Notes under the pieces: model-generated
Database searches by the model: none
Told to the model about the DNA's origin: nothing
Seen by the model: only the letters and a program-made list of their open reading frames with translations
Part shown: piece after piece, positions 17,701 to 27,100 of the stretch
How positions within the stretch are numbered: the first letter of the stretch is position 1
How the letters are laid out: each line of letters starts with the position of its first letter
Translations under genes and position numbers: made by a program
NCBI GenBank assembly: GCA_036337435.1
Contig: JAYZEG010000057.1
Span: 1-29,852, forward strand
Direction: 5' to 3'
DNA length: 29,852 nucleotides
DNA from: Myxococcota bacterium
GTDB lineage: Bacteria; Myxococcota_A; Bradymonadia; UBA7976; UBA1532

Positions 17701-19297
17701 AACGTTCGGATTGAGCATCGGTGGCCATTGTTTCTGACGGATCGAGGACATAGCCGAGCGGATCATCGTGCAGAGACAGCGGCAGTTCGGCTGGTTCCTC
17801 CTCAAAGTAACTCCCAAACATCCGTGCGATACGAATGCAATGCCCGACATCCAAAACGCCCTTGGAATGCAGGACAGTCTTGTTTTCCTCAAAGAGACGA
17901 TGTGCCTCCGAGTGATCCGACGTCCTCGATTTAAGTTCAATCAGGCAGGCCAGCGGTGCGACCGATCGAGGATAATTAGATTGCAGCTCTCCAAAGAGAC
18001 TCTCCGCCAAACTATTCTGGCTCAACTTCGTTGACAATAGGAGTGCCAATCGCCACGTCCCGAGCACCTGATTTACAGCATGCCCATCAGCCTGCATTTC
18101 CTCGAATCGGCTTTTCAAAAGAGTCCAATCTCTGCGAGCAATTAGTCCTTGCTGACTCGCCCATTGCCCCATCGCATTTGAAGAATTCAATACGATCAGG
18201 CGCTCCGCAAGCTCGCTCGCTGAATCGGACCGAGACCCGGAGGCGCAACACCTCAAAAACAGACCGTGCTCGAGGTAATGAAGCGTCCACTGTTCCGACT
18301 CACTCTCAACTGACGCTCGAATAAAGTGCTCTGAGGCCGCGTCAATGTCCCCCTCATCCAAAGCGACCAAGCCATAAAGTTCCTCAAAATAGTGACACCG
18401 AATCCCAGAACGCTTCAACTGGTCTAAATACGACTCCTTCACACTGCCATCGAGGCCCCGGAGTCGACCAAAGAAACATAGAGAATAATTGAGTAATGCT
18501 CGGTATTCAGCTTCGTGGACCTGTGAGACCATGCGCCGCGCGAGTCGGCAATATGAATCCCAGTTTCCTGCAAAGCTGTGCGCTTGCAATGCGCAATGGA
18601 TCAGTTGGCTATGATTGTCCAAGTAATCATCAGCCTCAAGCAGCTGAGAACTCAGCATTCGGGCATGTCCAGCGGACAATCCGTCGAGTACGCTTAAAAT
18701 ATTCTCCTCAACAGTCAGTCGCCTATCTATCGCAATCACATCAACGGATGCGTCGGTCGCCGCTGTCTCTTTTCCAAATTGACCGGCTACGCCATCCCTG
18801 AGCAAACGAGCAATGAGATGGTCCTTAAGCAGATGCGCTGCCTTGCGAGCGCATCTGAGGGCCTCTTCCTTCCGTTTGAACCGAAATAGGAAGACCTCTC
18901 CCAACTCCAGGAGTGCAAGCCCTCGTTTTTCATTACTCTGCGCCAGGCGGGCTTGCGCTTCGATGAACGTACAAACCATGGACCAGCGTTCGACCCGCAC
19001 AAACACTCGACGGGCCATCTGAATGATTCGGTGACTCTTCGTATCGCAGACATAACCCGCCTGTAGACAAACGATCGCAGCGTCATCATCGTTCAGTTCT
19101 GACTCAAAAATGCGGGCAGCTTCATAAAACAGCGAACCGGCATATGCATCGTTTTCGACTTCTGAAAGTTCAGCGTTAATCAATTGCAGGAATTCGAACG
19201 CACGCTCCCAGCTTGGACGGTCAATCCAGCCGGGCCGTCTGAAGGTCTCAATGAGTTTCTTCGCATCGGCCACAAAGTGCGGCTGCGTTGCGGACAC
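14753..19297 (-). CDS. Giant myxobacterial-type TPR protein (~1,510 aa)
   Basis: Repeated TPR-like helices (ALLELGEVF, LWSEAGRIL..AG..EQAANCYEAA, LWQALADYY). The start is uncertain: GTG 19297 avoids overlap with the upstream gene, and ATG 19351/19360 are alternatives. Confidence 0.75.
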   Translation of the reverse strand: MSATQPHFVADAKKLIETFRRPGWIDRPSWERAFEFLQLINAELSEVENDAYAGSLFYEAARIFESELNDDDAAIVCLQAGYVCDTKSHRIIQMARRVFVRVERWSMVCTFIEAQARLAQSNEKRGLALLELGEVFLFRFKRKEEALRCARKAAHLLKDHLIARLLRDGVAGQFGKETAATDASVDVIAIDRRLTVEENILSVLDGLSAGHARMLSSQLLEADDYLDNHSQLIHCALQAHSFAGNWDSYCRLARRMVSQVHEAEYRALLNYSLCFFGRLRGLDGSVKESYLDQLKRSGIRCHYFEELYGLVALDEGDIDAASEHFIRASVESESEQWTLHYLEHGLFLRCCASGSRSDSASELAERLIVLNSSNAMGQWASQQGLIARRDWTLLKSRFEEMQADGHAVNQVLGTWRLALLLSTKLSQNSLAESLFGELQSNYPRSVAPLACLIELKSRTSDHSEAHRLFEENKTVLHSKGVLDVGHCIRIARMFGSYFEEEPAELPLSLHDDPLGYVLDPSETMATDAQSERLYRAMLARAERVDDPSYRASFLRFASLLSESVYPEQPEIALNHIGAALDCKPNDIQSLHIGYRLCASSGQSRRSADWAVRIANACIVDRHASEYLGFAGHHTVRQTPERAFDLWHEALQRNPHNIAARLGLESLLANRPMSLESQAYYNLQSDHAPSAPQRLHYALMSQYAGRVRDERNPTQQLSSQGWLDSAGRRLCLFHEHRSALRAFNDEAARASLLGLADSEMRRKDRVTCLNAIARSFERAGDSFSGYDSVKQVLDAEPTNRAALHWVFAWVMETADVEVLSTHLDSLLDARSNEDERGWLWSEAGRILRLAGHEEQAANCYEAAMKAMPDSWLPVYHLRTVADKAGQPARSAHLMLDLATKLRANLMVSDVAIDASERFLSVGQNRDALKALMLAYRYQPSDESLLERLQSQAERLADWDTLAKALEIAVGIDSLCTVERVLKLVNTLSSRLSRTADGIDTLARFAEERAQPNLWQALADYYVDEARWTEAVDSYTRAHTLTSDLALRRAIVFRLAAIYSSQLNEYDQARRWLETELDAHGGDLDILNCLAGVERRAGHKHQERLALARALSLTVDEEQRVRFQIRLAELDNEDNRHEMATGRLRRAAADLSSSPDVNESLADALGKQNAKDEQAVLLEAALNLTTEPGDKRRLSEKLLTTGRLDAAGPAIDLLRDATNALLKNPLNQDAVLSLARACHSRDDPRSRQMALIAQVLCSEYGSKGLPHLKPLGAAHATIQSKDAKPVGLGNLELVVALNTLCSELPSVYTKCPNMTPFSSPNEHEYGFGSIQVGTVPQWCFFQQTDALCVSRELYDLDSGLQGFLFNLADTYWNNQAIFLSRWTNDGLIEVVGSFNDSLGINPSAGTRAGQGSGLHRLLQKRFEQARPTAKMLNALSILTVHFRDLDDYLEQLRLRIWLTCINNETDLVSAIKLLETWSNTRSAVWRSQFQTLLAGLIRAAARGLSLNNQIMNGGAS

Positions 19298-19325
19298 ACG
19301 ACCGCCATCGCCAGTTTCTGATGAA

Positions 19326-20282
19326 CTAATGGTAGGTGGGCGGCTGGCCATCGTAGACATCCAACGAGTCGTCTTCTGCTTGCGCATTATATCGGATTTC
19401 GGCGTCCATGGCTGCCTCATCTCGACGCAATTGCTCAAGTCGCTGGCGTCTTTCTAATCTGCGCTGGCGCCATCCGATGATCAATAAGACTGTGCACAGT
19501 ACAAATAAAGTCGTGGAGTCAGCCAACAAAGCAAGGTAACCCCACCCCCCCCTGATACTGGAGCGCCAAGTCATTTCCAGTCGACCGAGCGGCATTCCAT
19601 AAGTCTGCTCGACCTGTACCGAAAATGGTTCCTGAACCGTTTGCATGCGCTTCAGCAATGCTTGAAACGTCTTACGCCCGTACTCGTCATGAAGAAACCC
19701 AATAAAATGAACAGCCTGCGCGTACGCGACTTCAGCGCGGGCACCATTGACCGGAAAGCCACGGTTCAACTCCGCCAAGCGAAACAACCGGTCGGCTAAA
19801 GCAGCTTTCGTCAAAAGCCAGACTCGATTAAGCCCATCGCTCTCGGACTGCCATACGGCCAAACCTTCGCCAAACCATCTTGGAGCAATGTTGAAGCGGT
19901 CTATTTGCTCGAACGCAATATGACTGAGCTCATGCACTAGGGTCTCATGAATCTCGTCGACGGGTCCATCGGCATGGAGGTAAATCACACCCCGTTTAGG
20001 ATAAGCCAAACCCTCGGCCCATTCCGGCGGTAACGATTTCTGTTCCCGCAAGGCGAGTGTTCGCATTTCCCTCGCATTGCGCCCAATTCGAATTCGAATG
20101 TGGCCAGTCGCAGATAGACCTAATTGCTCGGACACGGTGCGCATCAAGTCAGGTGTATGAGTCCTGACGTATGTTTGTATGGATTCTGTCCCCCGCTGCC
20201 CACTGACATCAAGTCGCACCTTGGCGTTGACCGCCAGCGGCCCAATGAGCAACACGAATACGGTGCACAAAAAATGCTTCAA
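19326..20282 (-). CDS. Peptidase MA-like zinc metallopeptidase, exported and membrane-anchored
   Basis: Signal peptide from TTG 20282 (MKHFLCTVFVLLIGPLAVNA), PEWAEGLAYP, HELSH, PRWFGEGLA, AYAQA, C-terminal TM and basic tail. Confidence 0.85.
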   Translation of the reverse strand: MKHFLCTVFVLLIGPLAVNAKVRLDVSGQRGTESIQTYVRTHTPDLMRTVSEQLGLSATGHIRIRIGRNAREMRTLALREQKSLPPEWAEGLAYPKRGVIYLHADGPVDEIHETLVHELSHIAFEQIDRFNIAPRWFGEGLAVWQSESDGLNRVWLLTKAALADRLFRLAELNRGFPVNGARAEVAYAQAVHFIGFLHDEYGRKTFQALLKRMQTVQEPFSVQVEQTYGMPLGRLEMTWRSSIRGGWGYLALLADSTTLFVLCTVLLIIGWRQRRLERRQRLEQLRRDEAAMDAEIRYNAQAEDDSLDVYDGQPPTYH

Positions 20283-20531
20283 TATCCATCCTTGCGAGAC
20301 CGGCTCATAAACTGACAAAGCCCTGGTTTGTCTTTTGTCGCTGGCAAGCCTTTAGGTCTGATTTTAATGATAAGGAATGACCATTCCGGCGAGCAACGAC
20401 ACCGTTTCAGCAAAGCAATCCAAGTCTCTCATCCATGTACACCTAATGACCTGCTCATGTTTGCCGCCACATTCCCAAAGGAAAATAGCCGCATAACGAT
20501 GCGTCTTTAGGCCACCGTGCCGTTCCGATCG

Positions 20532-21050
20532 TCAACGGCCAGCCCCGGCTTGCTGCCCCCGTCTGGCCCCATTCGATTTTCTCTGATTTGTGGCCTGCCT
20601 ATCCAATTCCTCTTGTGCGTCTAGCAGACGCCTATGACTTTCGACAATGGTCTTAATTTCCGAGACGAGTCTCGTCTTTTGCAATTTGAGAGCTCTCGAT
20701 TCCTCGGAGACGCGTGCCAGTTCGTTGCGCGCATCAGCGATAATCTTTTGGGCATCGATTTCAGCCTGGGCGGTGATCAGCTCGGCTTCTTTTGTTGCGC
20801 TCTCTCGAATTTCCTCTGTCATGCGACCGGCTGATGCCAAAGCTTCTCTCAGTTGGCTATCGTATGCTCGAAACTCCTCCAACTGTTTTTCTTGGCGTCT
20901 AATTTGCTCCTCGGACCGCTTGTTGTCTCGCACCAATTCTTCAAGTTGCCGAGACACTTGATTCAAAAAAGAGCGTACTTCGCCTGCATCAAATCCACGA
21001 AAAACAGTAGAGAACTCCTGCTGGTCGATATCTAGTGGCGTAATCTTCAT
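20532..21050 (-). CDS. divIVA: DivIVA domain protein
   Basis: MKITPLDIDQQEFSTVFRGFD..EV..FL N-terminus followed by coiled coil. ATGA overlap with proC. Confidence 0.92.
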   Translation of the reverse strand: MKITPLDIDQQEFSTVFRGFDAGEVRSFLNQVSRQLEELVRDNKRSEEQIRRQEKQLEEFRAYDSQLREALASAGRMTEEIRESATKEAELITAQAEIDAQKIIADARNELARVSEESRALKLQKTRLVSEIKTIVESHRRLLDAQEELDRQATNQRKSNGARRGQQAGAGR

Positions 21051-21853
21051 TTTTTAGACCCTTCTTCCGCGAGTTCTTTAGAACGCGACGCGGCTGCAGT
21101 GACCGCCTGAGTAATGATTGCTTCAAATCGACCGGCACTCAAGGCGTTTAGGCCAGCTATGGTTGTGCCGCCGGGAGACGCCACCGACTTGCAGAGCGCA
21201 TCAAGTTCCAATGTAGAGCTCTCAGCAAGACGGGCACTTCCTTTAACCATTGCAATCGCCAATTCCCTACAAACGCGGTCCTCCAAGCCCAGTGCAACAC
21301 CTGCGTCGACAAATGCAGCCATTGCCCGAAACATAAACGCCGGACCGCTCCCGACAAGAGCTGTGCCAGGATGAAACTGGTCTTCAGTCTCCAGCCAAGC
21401 AAACGCGCCGAGCGACTCGAATAAGTTTTGCACAAACTCGATGATGTCAAGTGGTGTTTCGGGAGAACAATAACCTACCGTCGCTCCGCTATGAACTGCA
21501 CTGGCTAAGTTTGGCATGACACGAATGACCGGACCACCCGAACTATAGCGGCGCAAAGCCTGTGTCTCAATACCAGCCATTACCGAGATTAGGGTTTGAG
21601 ATGAAGATAACTCGAGCCCGCCGATGACGTCAGCATAGTACTGGGGCTTAACCGCGAGGATCACAACATCAGCGGCATTAAAGACGGTCTGGGTGGATGC
21701 AGGTTGAATACCATAGTGGGCCTTCAGGCGTTCACCAGACTGTCGGGTCGAGACCAAAACGTCAGCAGGCGTAACACAGTCGGCCCCTATCCAACCGTCC
21801 AGGAGGGCGCGCCCCATGTTACCGCAACCGATGAATCCTATTTTTACACTCAT
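21047..21853 (-). CDS. proC: Pyrroline-5-carboxylate reductase
   Basis: IGFIGCGNMG, LAVKPQ, IRVMPN, GSGPAF and VASPGGTT motifs. The true start is ATG 21853. Confidence 0.96.
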   Translation of the reverse strand: MSVKIGFIGCGNMGRALLDGWIGADCVTPADVLVSTRQSGERLKAHYGIQPASTQTVFNAADVVILAVKPQYYADVIGGLELSSSQTLISVMAGIETQALRRYSSGGPVIRVMPNLASAVHSGATVGYCSPETPLDIIEFVQNLFESLGAFAWLETEDQFHPGTALVGSGPAFMFRAMAAFVDAGVALGLEDRVCRELAIAMVKGSARLAESSTLELDALCKSVASPGGTTIAGLNALSAGRFEAIITQAVTAAASRSKELAEEGSKK

Positions 21854-21875
21854 ATCGCGTTTCAGTTTGGCGCAA

Positions 21876-23438
21876 TCAATCGAGCGGTACCGGCTTAAGC
21901 GTCGCCTTGCCCGCTTCGATTTCGACCAAGAAACGAACGCGTTTGCAGCCAATCTCGGTCTTGAGCCGGTTCGCATGACTGGTAAGCTGCTCAACAAAAC
22001 CAGGATACGGTATATTGTCGGCTGGTTGGCCGGCACCACGCAGAGCATCCAGATAACGTTGGTAAACGTTTTTCAGGTATGTCTCTTCATCGTCTCTTAT
22101 CAAACTTGCCATTTCTTTTGACATTGTGGCCATTTGGCCTGTGTCGATTATCGATGTATCGACCGTCTCATGTTCCTTAATCTGCCCAGGGTCGATGCTG
22201 TCAACGAACAGATTGTCGCTGGCCCAATGCTGAGTATGGACCTCGCCATCTTCCTCCGGCAGCGGGCGACCTGACAGCTGGCAGACCATAATGTTGAGGT
22301 TTTGTGCCATCTTGGATGCAACACCAGTCCCCTCGACTTCAAACCAGTAATCCAAGCCGCCATTGATAATCTCAAGAACCCCTTTATCAAGACTTCTGAA
22401 CTGTGCATCGTACTTGGAGAAGACCAAAATAATGCCGATGCCAGCAAGAAAAGCGATGATGATGATGATCATCGGGATAATTAACAGGCCTCGCTTGACG
22501 TCACGGAGCGCAGCAGAACAATTCACGAGGACGGCGATCGTCGTTCCCTTCGACGCATAATTGTTGAGGGTCGTCCACGATACCTTGTACTTGTCCGTCC
22601 CTAAGTCGACGTCGAACATGCCGCGGTCCGTCTTTGCCGCTTTTAGCTGCGTCTTTAGAGCCGAATCGAAACCGGCCTCAACTCGAGCGGGCAAACTGGA
22701 ACTACCCGCCGTCCGCCCGCCGATGTGATACGCCACGTCTGCTTGCGCATACTGCTGTGCACTCTTGGCCGCCGCGACCGCGAGGTTGTACCCCACGATG
22801 ACAGCGCCCAAACTAACCCCGGCTGTGGAGCGAATCGGCGCAACGCTGACCGCCATTGGCCCCCCCCGTAAGGTCCACACATCCTTCACTGCCTGGCCTG
22901 TCTTAATGCTGCTCAAGATCGCGGGGAATGACTTTCCATAATCGGCTGTCTTACCGTATCTGGCTGCATCTTTTGATTCCGCAACCCCCTGACCTTCCCG
23001 ATTCACAACCGCTAGAAAATCAGGCGCGCCCGCCGCCAAATGAGCCAATGAGTCAGGCCGTCGAAATGTTTGCTCTTGCGCCTTTAAACGGGCGTTCCAA
23101 ACGAGAACTTCCTCGTAGACATCTTGGTGAATTTTATAGGCAAAGTCTTCGATGGATGGCGCGTCCTGAATTTCGTCGCCCTCGCTGCCGGGCGGTGTTG
23201 GTTTCGCAGCCAACAAAGCAGCAATTTTAGGCGTTTGCGCAATCGTTTCGGCCCGCTCAAGAATGGCATGGTCCAATAAGGACCGACGTAGTAAAACCGT
23301 TGTCCTTGCTCGGTTTAGCTGAGACTCCACATCTTTCATTGCAGCTTTGTCAACTCGTGTGGTCACCTCGCCATAAACGAGAAAGCCAAGGGTGGAAAAT
23401 AATACGACAATAATTCCAATTAACTTGATTCGGATCAT
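21876..23438 (-). CDS. Membrane sensor-like protein: TM-Cache-TM-HAMP-like plus MXAN_5187-like C-terminal domain
   Basis: N-terminal TM, periplasmic region with Cache-like strands (LAVVNREGQGVA; AVSVAPIRS..G..LGAVIVGY), second TM, HAMP-like segment, and C-terminus YQRYLDALR..G....IPY..F...L......LK...GCKRVRFLVEIEAGKATLKP. Confidence 0.7.
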   Translation of the reverse strand: MIRIKLIGIIVVLFSTLGFLVYGEVTTRVDKAAMKDVESQLNRARTTVLLRRSLLDHAILERAETIAQTPKIAALLAAKPTPPGSEGDEIQDAPSIEDFAYKIHQDVYEEVLVWNARLKAQEQTFRRPDSLAHLAAGAPDFLAVVNREGQGVAESKDAARYGKTADYGKSFPAILSSIKTGQAVKDVWTLRGGPMAVSVAPIRSTAGVSLGAVIVGYNLAVAAAKSAQQYAQADVAYHIGGRTAGSSSLPARVEAGFDSALKTQLKAAKTDRGMFDVDLGTDKYKVSWTTLNNYASKGTTIAVLVNCSAALRDVKRGLLIIPMIIIIIAFLAGIGIILVFSKYDAQFRSLDKGVLEIINGGLDYWFEVEGTGVASKMAQNLNIMVCQLSGRPLPEEDGEVHTQHWASDNLFVDSIDPGQIKEHETVDTSIIDTGQMATMSKEMASLIRDDEETYLKNVYQRYLDALRGAGQPADNIPYPGFVEQLTSHANRLKTEIGCKRVRFLVEIEAGKATLKPVPLD

Positions 23439-23639
23439 AGAATTTGATCGCCTTCCAGTTGTGGCTCTAATCAAAGGTCATCAACGCCTTACGCTGCGAA
23501 TGCTATCCATTCTAATTCACATGAACAAGCGTCAAAAAGGGTGACGACCAAGAAGTCCCCTTCTCCGAGTGAGTTTTAGGCAAAAACGCCTACTAGCCTG
23601 GACGTCTTTTCGGCTCAGTCTCTCACAAGTTGGCACCAA

Positions 23640-24512
23640 TTAGAAATATCGTCCGATGAAGAGTTCCAATTGTTTTCTAGTTTCTTGCGGCATTTTCTCT
23701 GGTGTCGTCATAATTGCCATACCGTTGGCCAGTGCCCGATGTGCAGGCCACTCGACGGGACCAACTGCGTCCAGTCTACGGCATAGGGCACGAATTACAC
23801 TCTTCGCGTTGTTGACATTCTTTCGAATGATTTCGATGACGGTCTCAACTGAGACCTCATCGTGCCCGGAATGCCAACAGTCATAGTCAGTACACAGAGC
23901 GAGGGTTGCATAACCTAACTCGGCCTCTCTCGCCAGACGTGCTTCCGGCACATTTGTCATGCCCACCAGATGTGCACCCCAGCTGCGGTAAAGCTCACTT
24001 TCTGCTCGTGTAGAAAACGTCGGTCCCTCAATACAAACATAAGTGCCGCCATCATGGCCAACAACACCAACGTCGCTGACAGCACTCAGCAAAATTTGGC
24101 GTAAGTTTTCTTCAACGGGATCACCAAATTGCACATGGCCAACGATTCCTTGCCCAAAGAAGCTTTCAACGCGTCCCCGGGTTCGGTCAATAAATTGGTC
24201 GACGCAAATGAGGTGTCCCGGCTCAATTTCTTCCTTGAGTGAACCAACCGCTGAAACGCTCAAGACATTCTGGCAGCCAAGTTTCTTCAAGCCCCAGATG
24301 TTGGCACGATAATTCACTTCCGTCGGCGTGAAACGATGACCACGCCCGTGTCTTGGCAAAAAGACGCACCTAATTCCCTCTAACTCCCCTGTAATGAAGG
24401 CGTCGGATGGCTCTCCGAAGGGAGTCTCCAACTTAATTTCATCAAGGTTCTTGATGCCATCGATATCGTATAAGCCGCTTCCACCGATGATGCCCAGGGT
24501 TACCGTCTCCAT
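23640..24512 (-). CDS. mtnP: S-methyl-5'-thioadenosine phosphorylase
   Basis: GIIGGSGLY, TPFGEPS, FLPRHG, NYRANIW, EGPTFSTRAES, GMT..PEARLAREAE and TDYDCWH. ATG 24512 has AGGAG upstream. Confidence 0.96.
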   Translation of the reverse strand: METVTLGIIGGSGLYDIDGIKNLDEIKLETPFGEPSDAFITGELEGIRCVFLPRHGRGHRFTPTEVNYRANIWGLKKLGCQNVLSVSAVGSLKEEIEPGHLICVDQFIDRTRGRVESFFGQGIVGHVQFGDPVEENLRQILLSAVSDVGVVGHDGGTYVCIEGPTFSTRAESELYRSWGAHLVGMTNVPEARLAREAELGYATLALCTDYDCWHSGHDEVSVETVIEIIRKNVNNAKSVIRALCRRLDAVGPVEWPAHRALANGMAIMTTPEKMPQETRKQLELFIGRYF

Positions 24513-24522
24513 ACGTTTGCTC

Positions 24523-25584
24523 CTAATTTGGTCCGGTTGGTCGCTCTCCGAGTTGGCCACAGGCCGCGTCGATATCAAGTCCTTTGGTTGTTCGAATTGT
24601 AACCGTATAACGCTGGCGTACCAGAATCTCTTGGAACTCGCGCACCCGCTCATCCGAGGGGCGATCAAACCCAGTACCAGCAAACGGGTTCCAAGGGATC
24701 AAATTAATTCTCACCGGCAAGCCGCGCAACAAACGAACCAGTTCAAACGCATGCTCACGTGAGTCATTCACACCACCTAACAAAACGTATTCCATCGTCA
24801 TTTTTCGTCGCGGCGGAAGGGGATATTCTTTCAGTGCTGCCATCAACTTGGTTAAATTGTACCGCTTGTTTATCGGCATGATTCGGCTTCGAACCTCATC
24901 ATTTGATGCATTCAAGCTTATGGCCAAATTAACAGGTGCCGCCTCACCCAGTTTTTTTATCTCGGGGATCAGACCGCTCGTGCTCACAGTCACTTTTCGG
25001 TGACTAAATCCGATCCCGGCCGGATCGCAAATCCTTTCGATGCTCTCGATGACCCCATCAAAATTATGCAGGGGCTCACCCATGCCCATGTAGACGAGGT
25101 GTGTAATGCGCGCATCAGGGGGTAAGGCAGACCGACCCAGTATCACCTGGTCGATAATTTCACCGGGCGTAAGATGCCGGGATAAGCCGAGTGTGCCGGT
25201 GTAGCAAAACTTGCAGTCGAGAGCACACCCGACCTGACTCGATAGACATTGAGTAAACTTCTTTTCGCCCATCGGGATGAGCACCGTTTCAACAACGGCA
25301 CCATCATCTAGGTGGACGGGCAATTTCCGAGTTCCGTCAATACTCTCGGCAACGCGCCCCAACTGCGCCCGACCGACCGAATACCCATTCTCAGTCAGCG
25401 TTTGGCGAAAAGCCTTAGGCAGATTGGTCATCTCATCAAATGACCGAGCCCCTTTGCTAAAAACCCACTGATAGAGCTGCTCCGCCCGGTATTTGGGTTG
25501 GCCAAAGCGCACCATGAGTTCAGCCATTTCAGGTAGGCTCAGCTCAGTCAGATTACTTTTCGGTATATTTGGTCGAATTGACAC
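24523..25584 (-). CDS. rlmN: Dual-specificity 23S rRNA m2A2503/tRNA m2A37 radical-SAM methyltransferase
   Basis: SSQVGCALDCKFC, YMGMGEP, VSTSG, LAISLNA, EYVLL.GVND, NLIPWN and DIDAACGQL. Confidence 0.96.
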   Translation of the reverse strand: MSIRPNIPKSNLTELSLPEMAELMVRFGQPKYRAEQLYQWVFSKGARSFDEMTNLPKAFRQTLTENGYSVGRAQLGRVAESIDGTRKLPVHLDDGAVVETVLIPMGEKKFTQCLSSQVGCALDCKFCYTGTLGLSRHLTPGEIIDQVILGRSALPPDARITHLVYMGMGEPLHNFDGVIESIERICDPAGIGFSHRKVTVSTSGLIPEIKKLGEAAPVNLAISLNASNDEVRSRIMPINKRYNLTKLMAALKEYPLPPRRKMTMEYVLLGGVNDSREHAFELVRLLRGLPVRINLIPWNPFAGTGFDRPSDERVREFQEILVRQRYTVTIRTTKGLDIDAACGQLGERPTGPN

Positions 25585-25613
25585 TGTGGGTTAGCGCGCC
25601 GCCGAACGAACGA

Positions 25614-26042
25614 CTAGGCTCGTCCGTATGACTCTGTACCTCGAAAGAAGTAAGCAGTCTCTATTGCAGCTGTTTCCTCTGCGTCAGAACCGTGAACTGT
25701 ATTGACGCCAATACTCTCAGCAAAGTCCGCGCGGATAGTTCCTGGTGCGGCATCAGCTGGATTGGTGGCACCCATGATTTCCCGATGCCGCTTGATGGCA
25801 TTGTCGCCCTCAAGAATCGATATAACAACAGGACCACTGGTCATGTATTCAACGAGTTCGCCAAAGAATGGACGCTCGCTGTGGACAGCGTAAAAGCCTT
25901 CAGCCTCCCCTTTTGAAAGCCATTGCATGCGGGTCGCGACGATGCGCAGGTCATTCTTTTCGAATCGACCTAGGATCTCTCCAACAAGATTCCGTCGCAC
26001 GCCGTCGGGTTTAATAATGCTTAAGGTACGTTCAATCGCCAT
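25614..26042 (-). CDS. ndk: Nucleoside diphosphate kinase
   Basis: [26 protein letters not shown] and NTVHGSD with the catalytic His. ATG 26042 has GGAG upstream. Confidence 0.98.
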   Translation of the reverse strand: MAIERTLSIIKPDGVRRNLVGEILGRFEKNDLRIVATRMQWLSKGEAEGFYAVHSERPFFGELVEYMTSGPVVISILEGDNAIKRHREIMGATNPADAAPGTIRADFAESIGVNTVHGSDAEETAAIETAYFFRGTESYGRA

Positions 26043-26219
26043 GATGCTCTCCATGAAAAAAACGCATAAAACGCGTCAGTGAGGCCGCGATTTATGCATA
26101 AAAATAACGGTTTTTTCAAGTAAATCAGGCGTTTGATAGCAGAATTATGCAGATAGGCAACGCAAAGGGCAGCGACCGCGTAGGCCACCACCTCGCCAGA
26201 GACGGTGCCTTAAGTGAAT

Positions 26220-27089
26220 TTAAAGAGCACCCTTTAAGGTTTGACCCATATCGGCAGGTGTCGCAGCAACCCGAATGCCAGCAGCTTCCATAGCGGCAAT
26301 CTTATCGGCGGCACTCCCCTTGCCTCCCGATATAATTGCACCCGCATGACCCATTCGGCGACCCGGAGGTGCTGTGGTGCCTGCAATAAAACCAACCACT
26401 GGCTTTGTCATGTTCTCCGCAACCCAAGAGGCGGCGTTCTCCTCAGCCGTTCCACCGATCTCCCCAATCATGATCACTGCATCCGTGTCAGCATCTTCAT
26501 TAAAAGCAGCAAGGCAGTCGATGAAATCCGTTCCATTGATGGGGTCTCCACCGATGCCGACGCAGGTGCTTTGCCCGATACCCAGGGCCGTCAATTGGCC
26601 GACGGCTTCATACGTGAGCGTTCCAGACCGGCTGACCACGCCGATCCGGCCTTCTCGGTGAATATGGCCGGGCATAATCCCGATCTTGCACTTCCCGGGG
26701 CTGATGACGCCGGGGCAATTCGGCCCGATCAATCTAGAGCCGCTCACATCGAGAGCTGCTCTGACTTTCAGCATATCCATGACGGGTATGCCTTCCGTGA
26801 TGGCGACTATTAATTCGATACCTGCACCGATTGCTTCGAGGATGGCATCCGCAGCGAACGGAGGTGGCACGTAGATCACAGACGCATTGGCGTCTGTCTG
26901 CGCAACGGCTTCAGAGACCGTGTTAAAAATTGGTGCCTTGCCAAGGAAGTCCTGTCCGCCTTTACCCGGGGTGACACCGCCGACGAGGTTGGTGCCGTAC
27001 TCGAGCATTTGTTCACAGTGAAAACTGCCGGTCGCGCCAGTTATCCCTTGGCAAATCAAACGTGTATTTTCATTAACCCAAATTGCCAC
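26220..27089 (-). CDS. sucD: Succinyl-CoA synthetase alpha subunit
   Basis: [41 protein letters not shown] and MGHAGA (phospho-His). Confidence 0.98.
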   Translation of the reverse strand: MAIWVNENTRLICQGITGATGSFHCEQMLEYGTNLVGGVTPGKGGQDFLGKAPIFNTVSEAVAQTDANASVIYVPPPFAADAILEAIGAGIELIVAITEGIPVMDMLKVRAALDVSGSRLIGPNCPGVISPGKCKIGIMPGHIHREGRIGVVSRSGTLTYEAVGQLTALGIGQSTCVGIGGDPINGTDFIDCLAAFNEDADTDAVIMIGEIGGTAEENAASWVAENMTKPVVGFIAGTTAPPGRRMGHAGAIISGGKGSAADKIAAMEAAGIRVAATPADMGQTLKGAL

Positions 27090-27100
27090 AACAGTACCCC

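Noticed and set aside
17206..17934. 242-aa plus-strand ORF and the many other antisense ORFs inside large genes
   Set aside because: They are fully nested opposite supported CDSs, with no motifs or RBS, as expected for shadow ORFs.
20283..20531. Possible small gene (yggT or DUF167) or ncRNA between divIVA and the peptidase
   Set aside because: Only short, motif-less frames are present and there is no convincing stable structure.
21854..22048. N-terminal extension of proC in the ORF track (likewise 24513-24683 for mtnP)
   Set aside because: The extensions overlap the upstream genes, and family homology begins at the internal ATGs.
19545..22867. Two coding-strand G8 tracts (19545-19552 and 22860-22867) as phase-variation switches
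   Set aside because: Both are in frame (Arg-Gly-Gly) and short, and length variation cannot be shown without reads.
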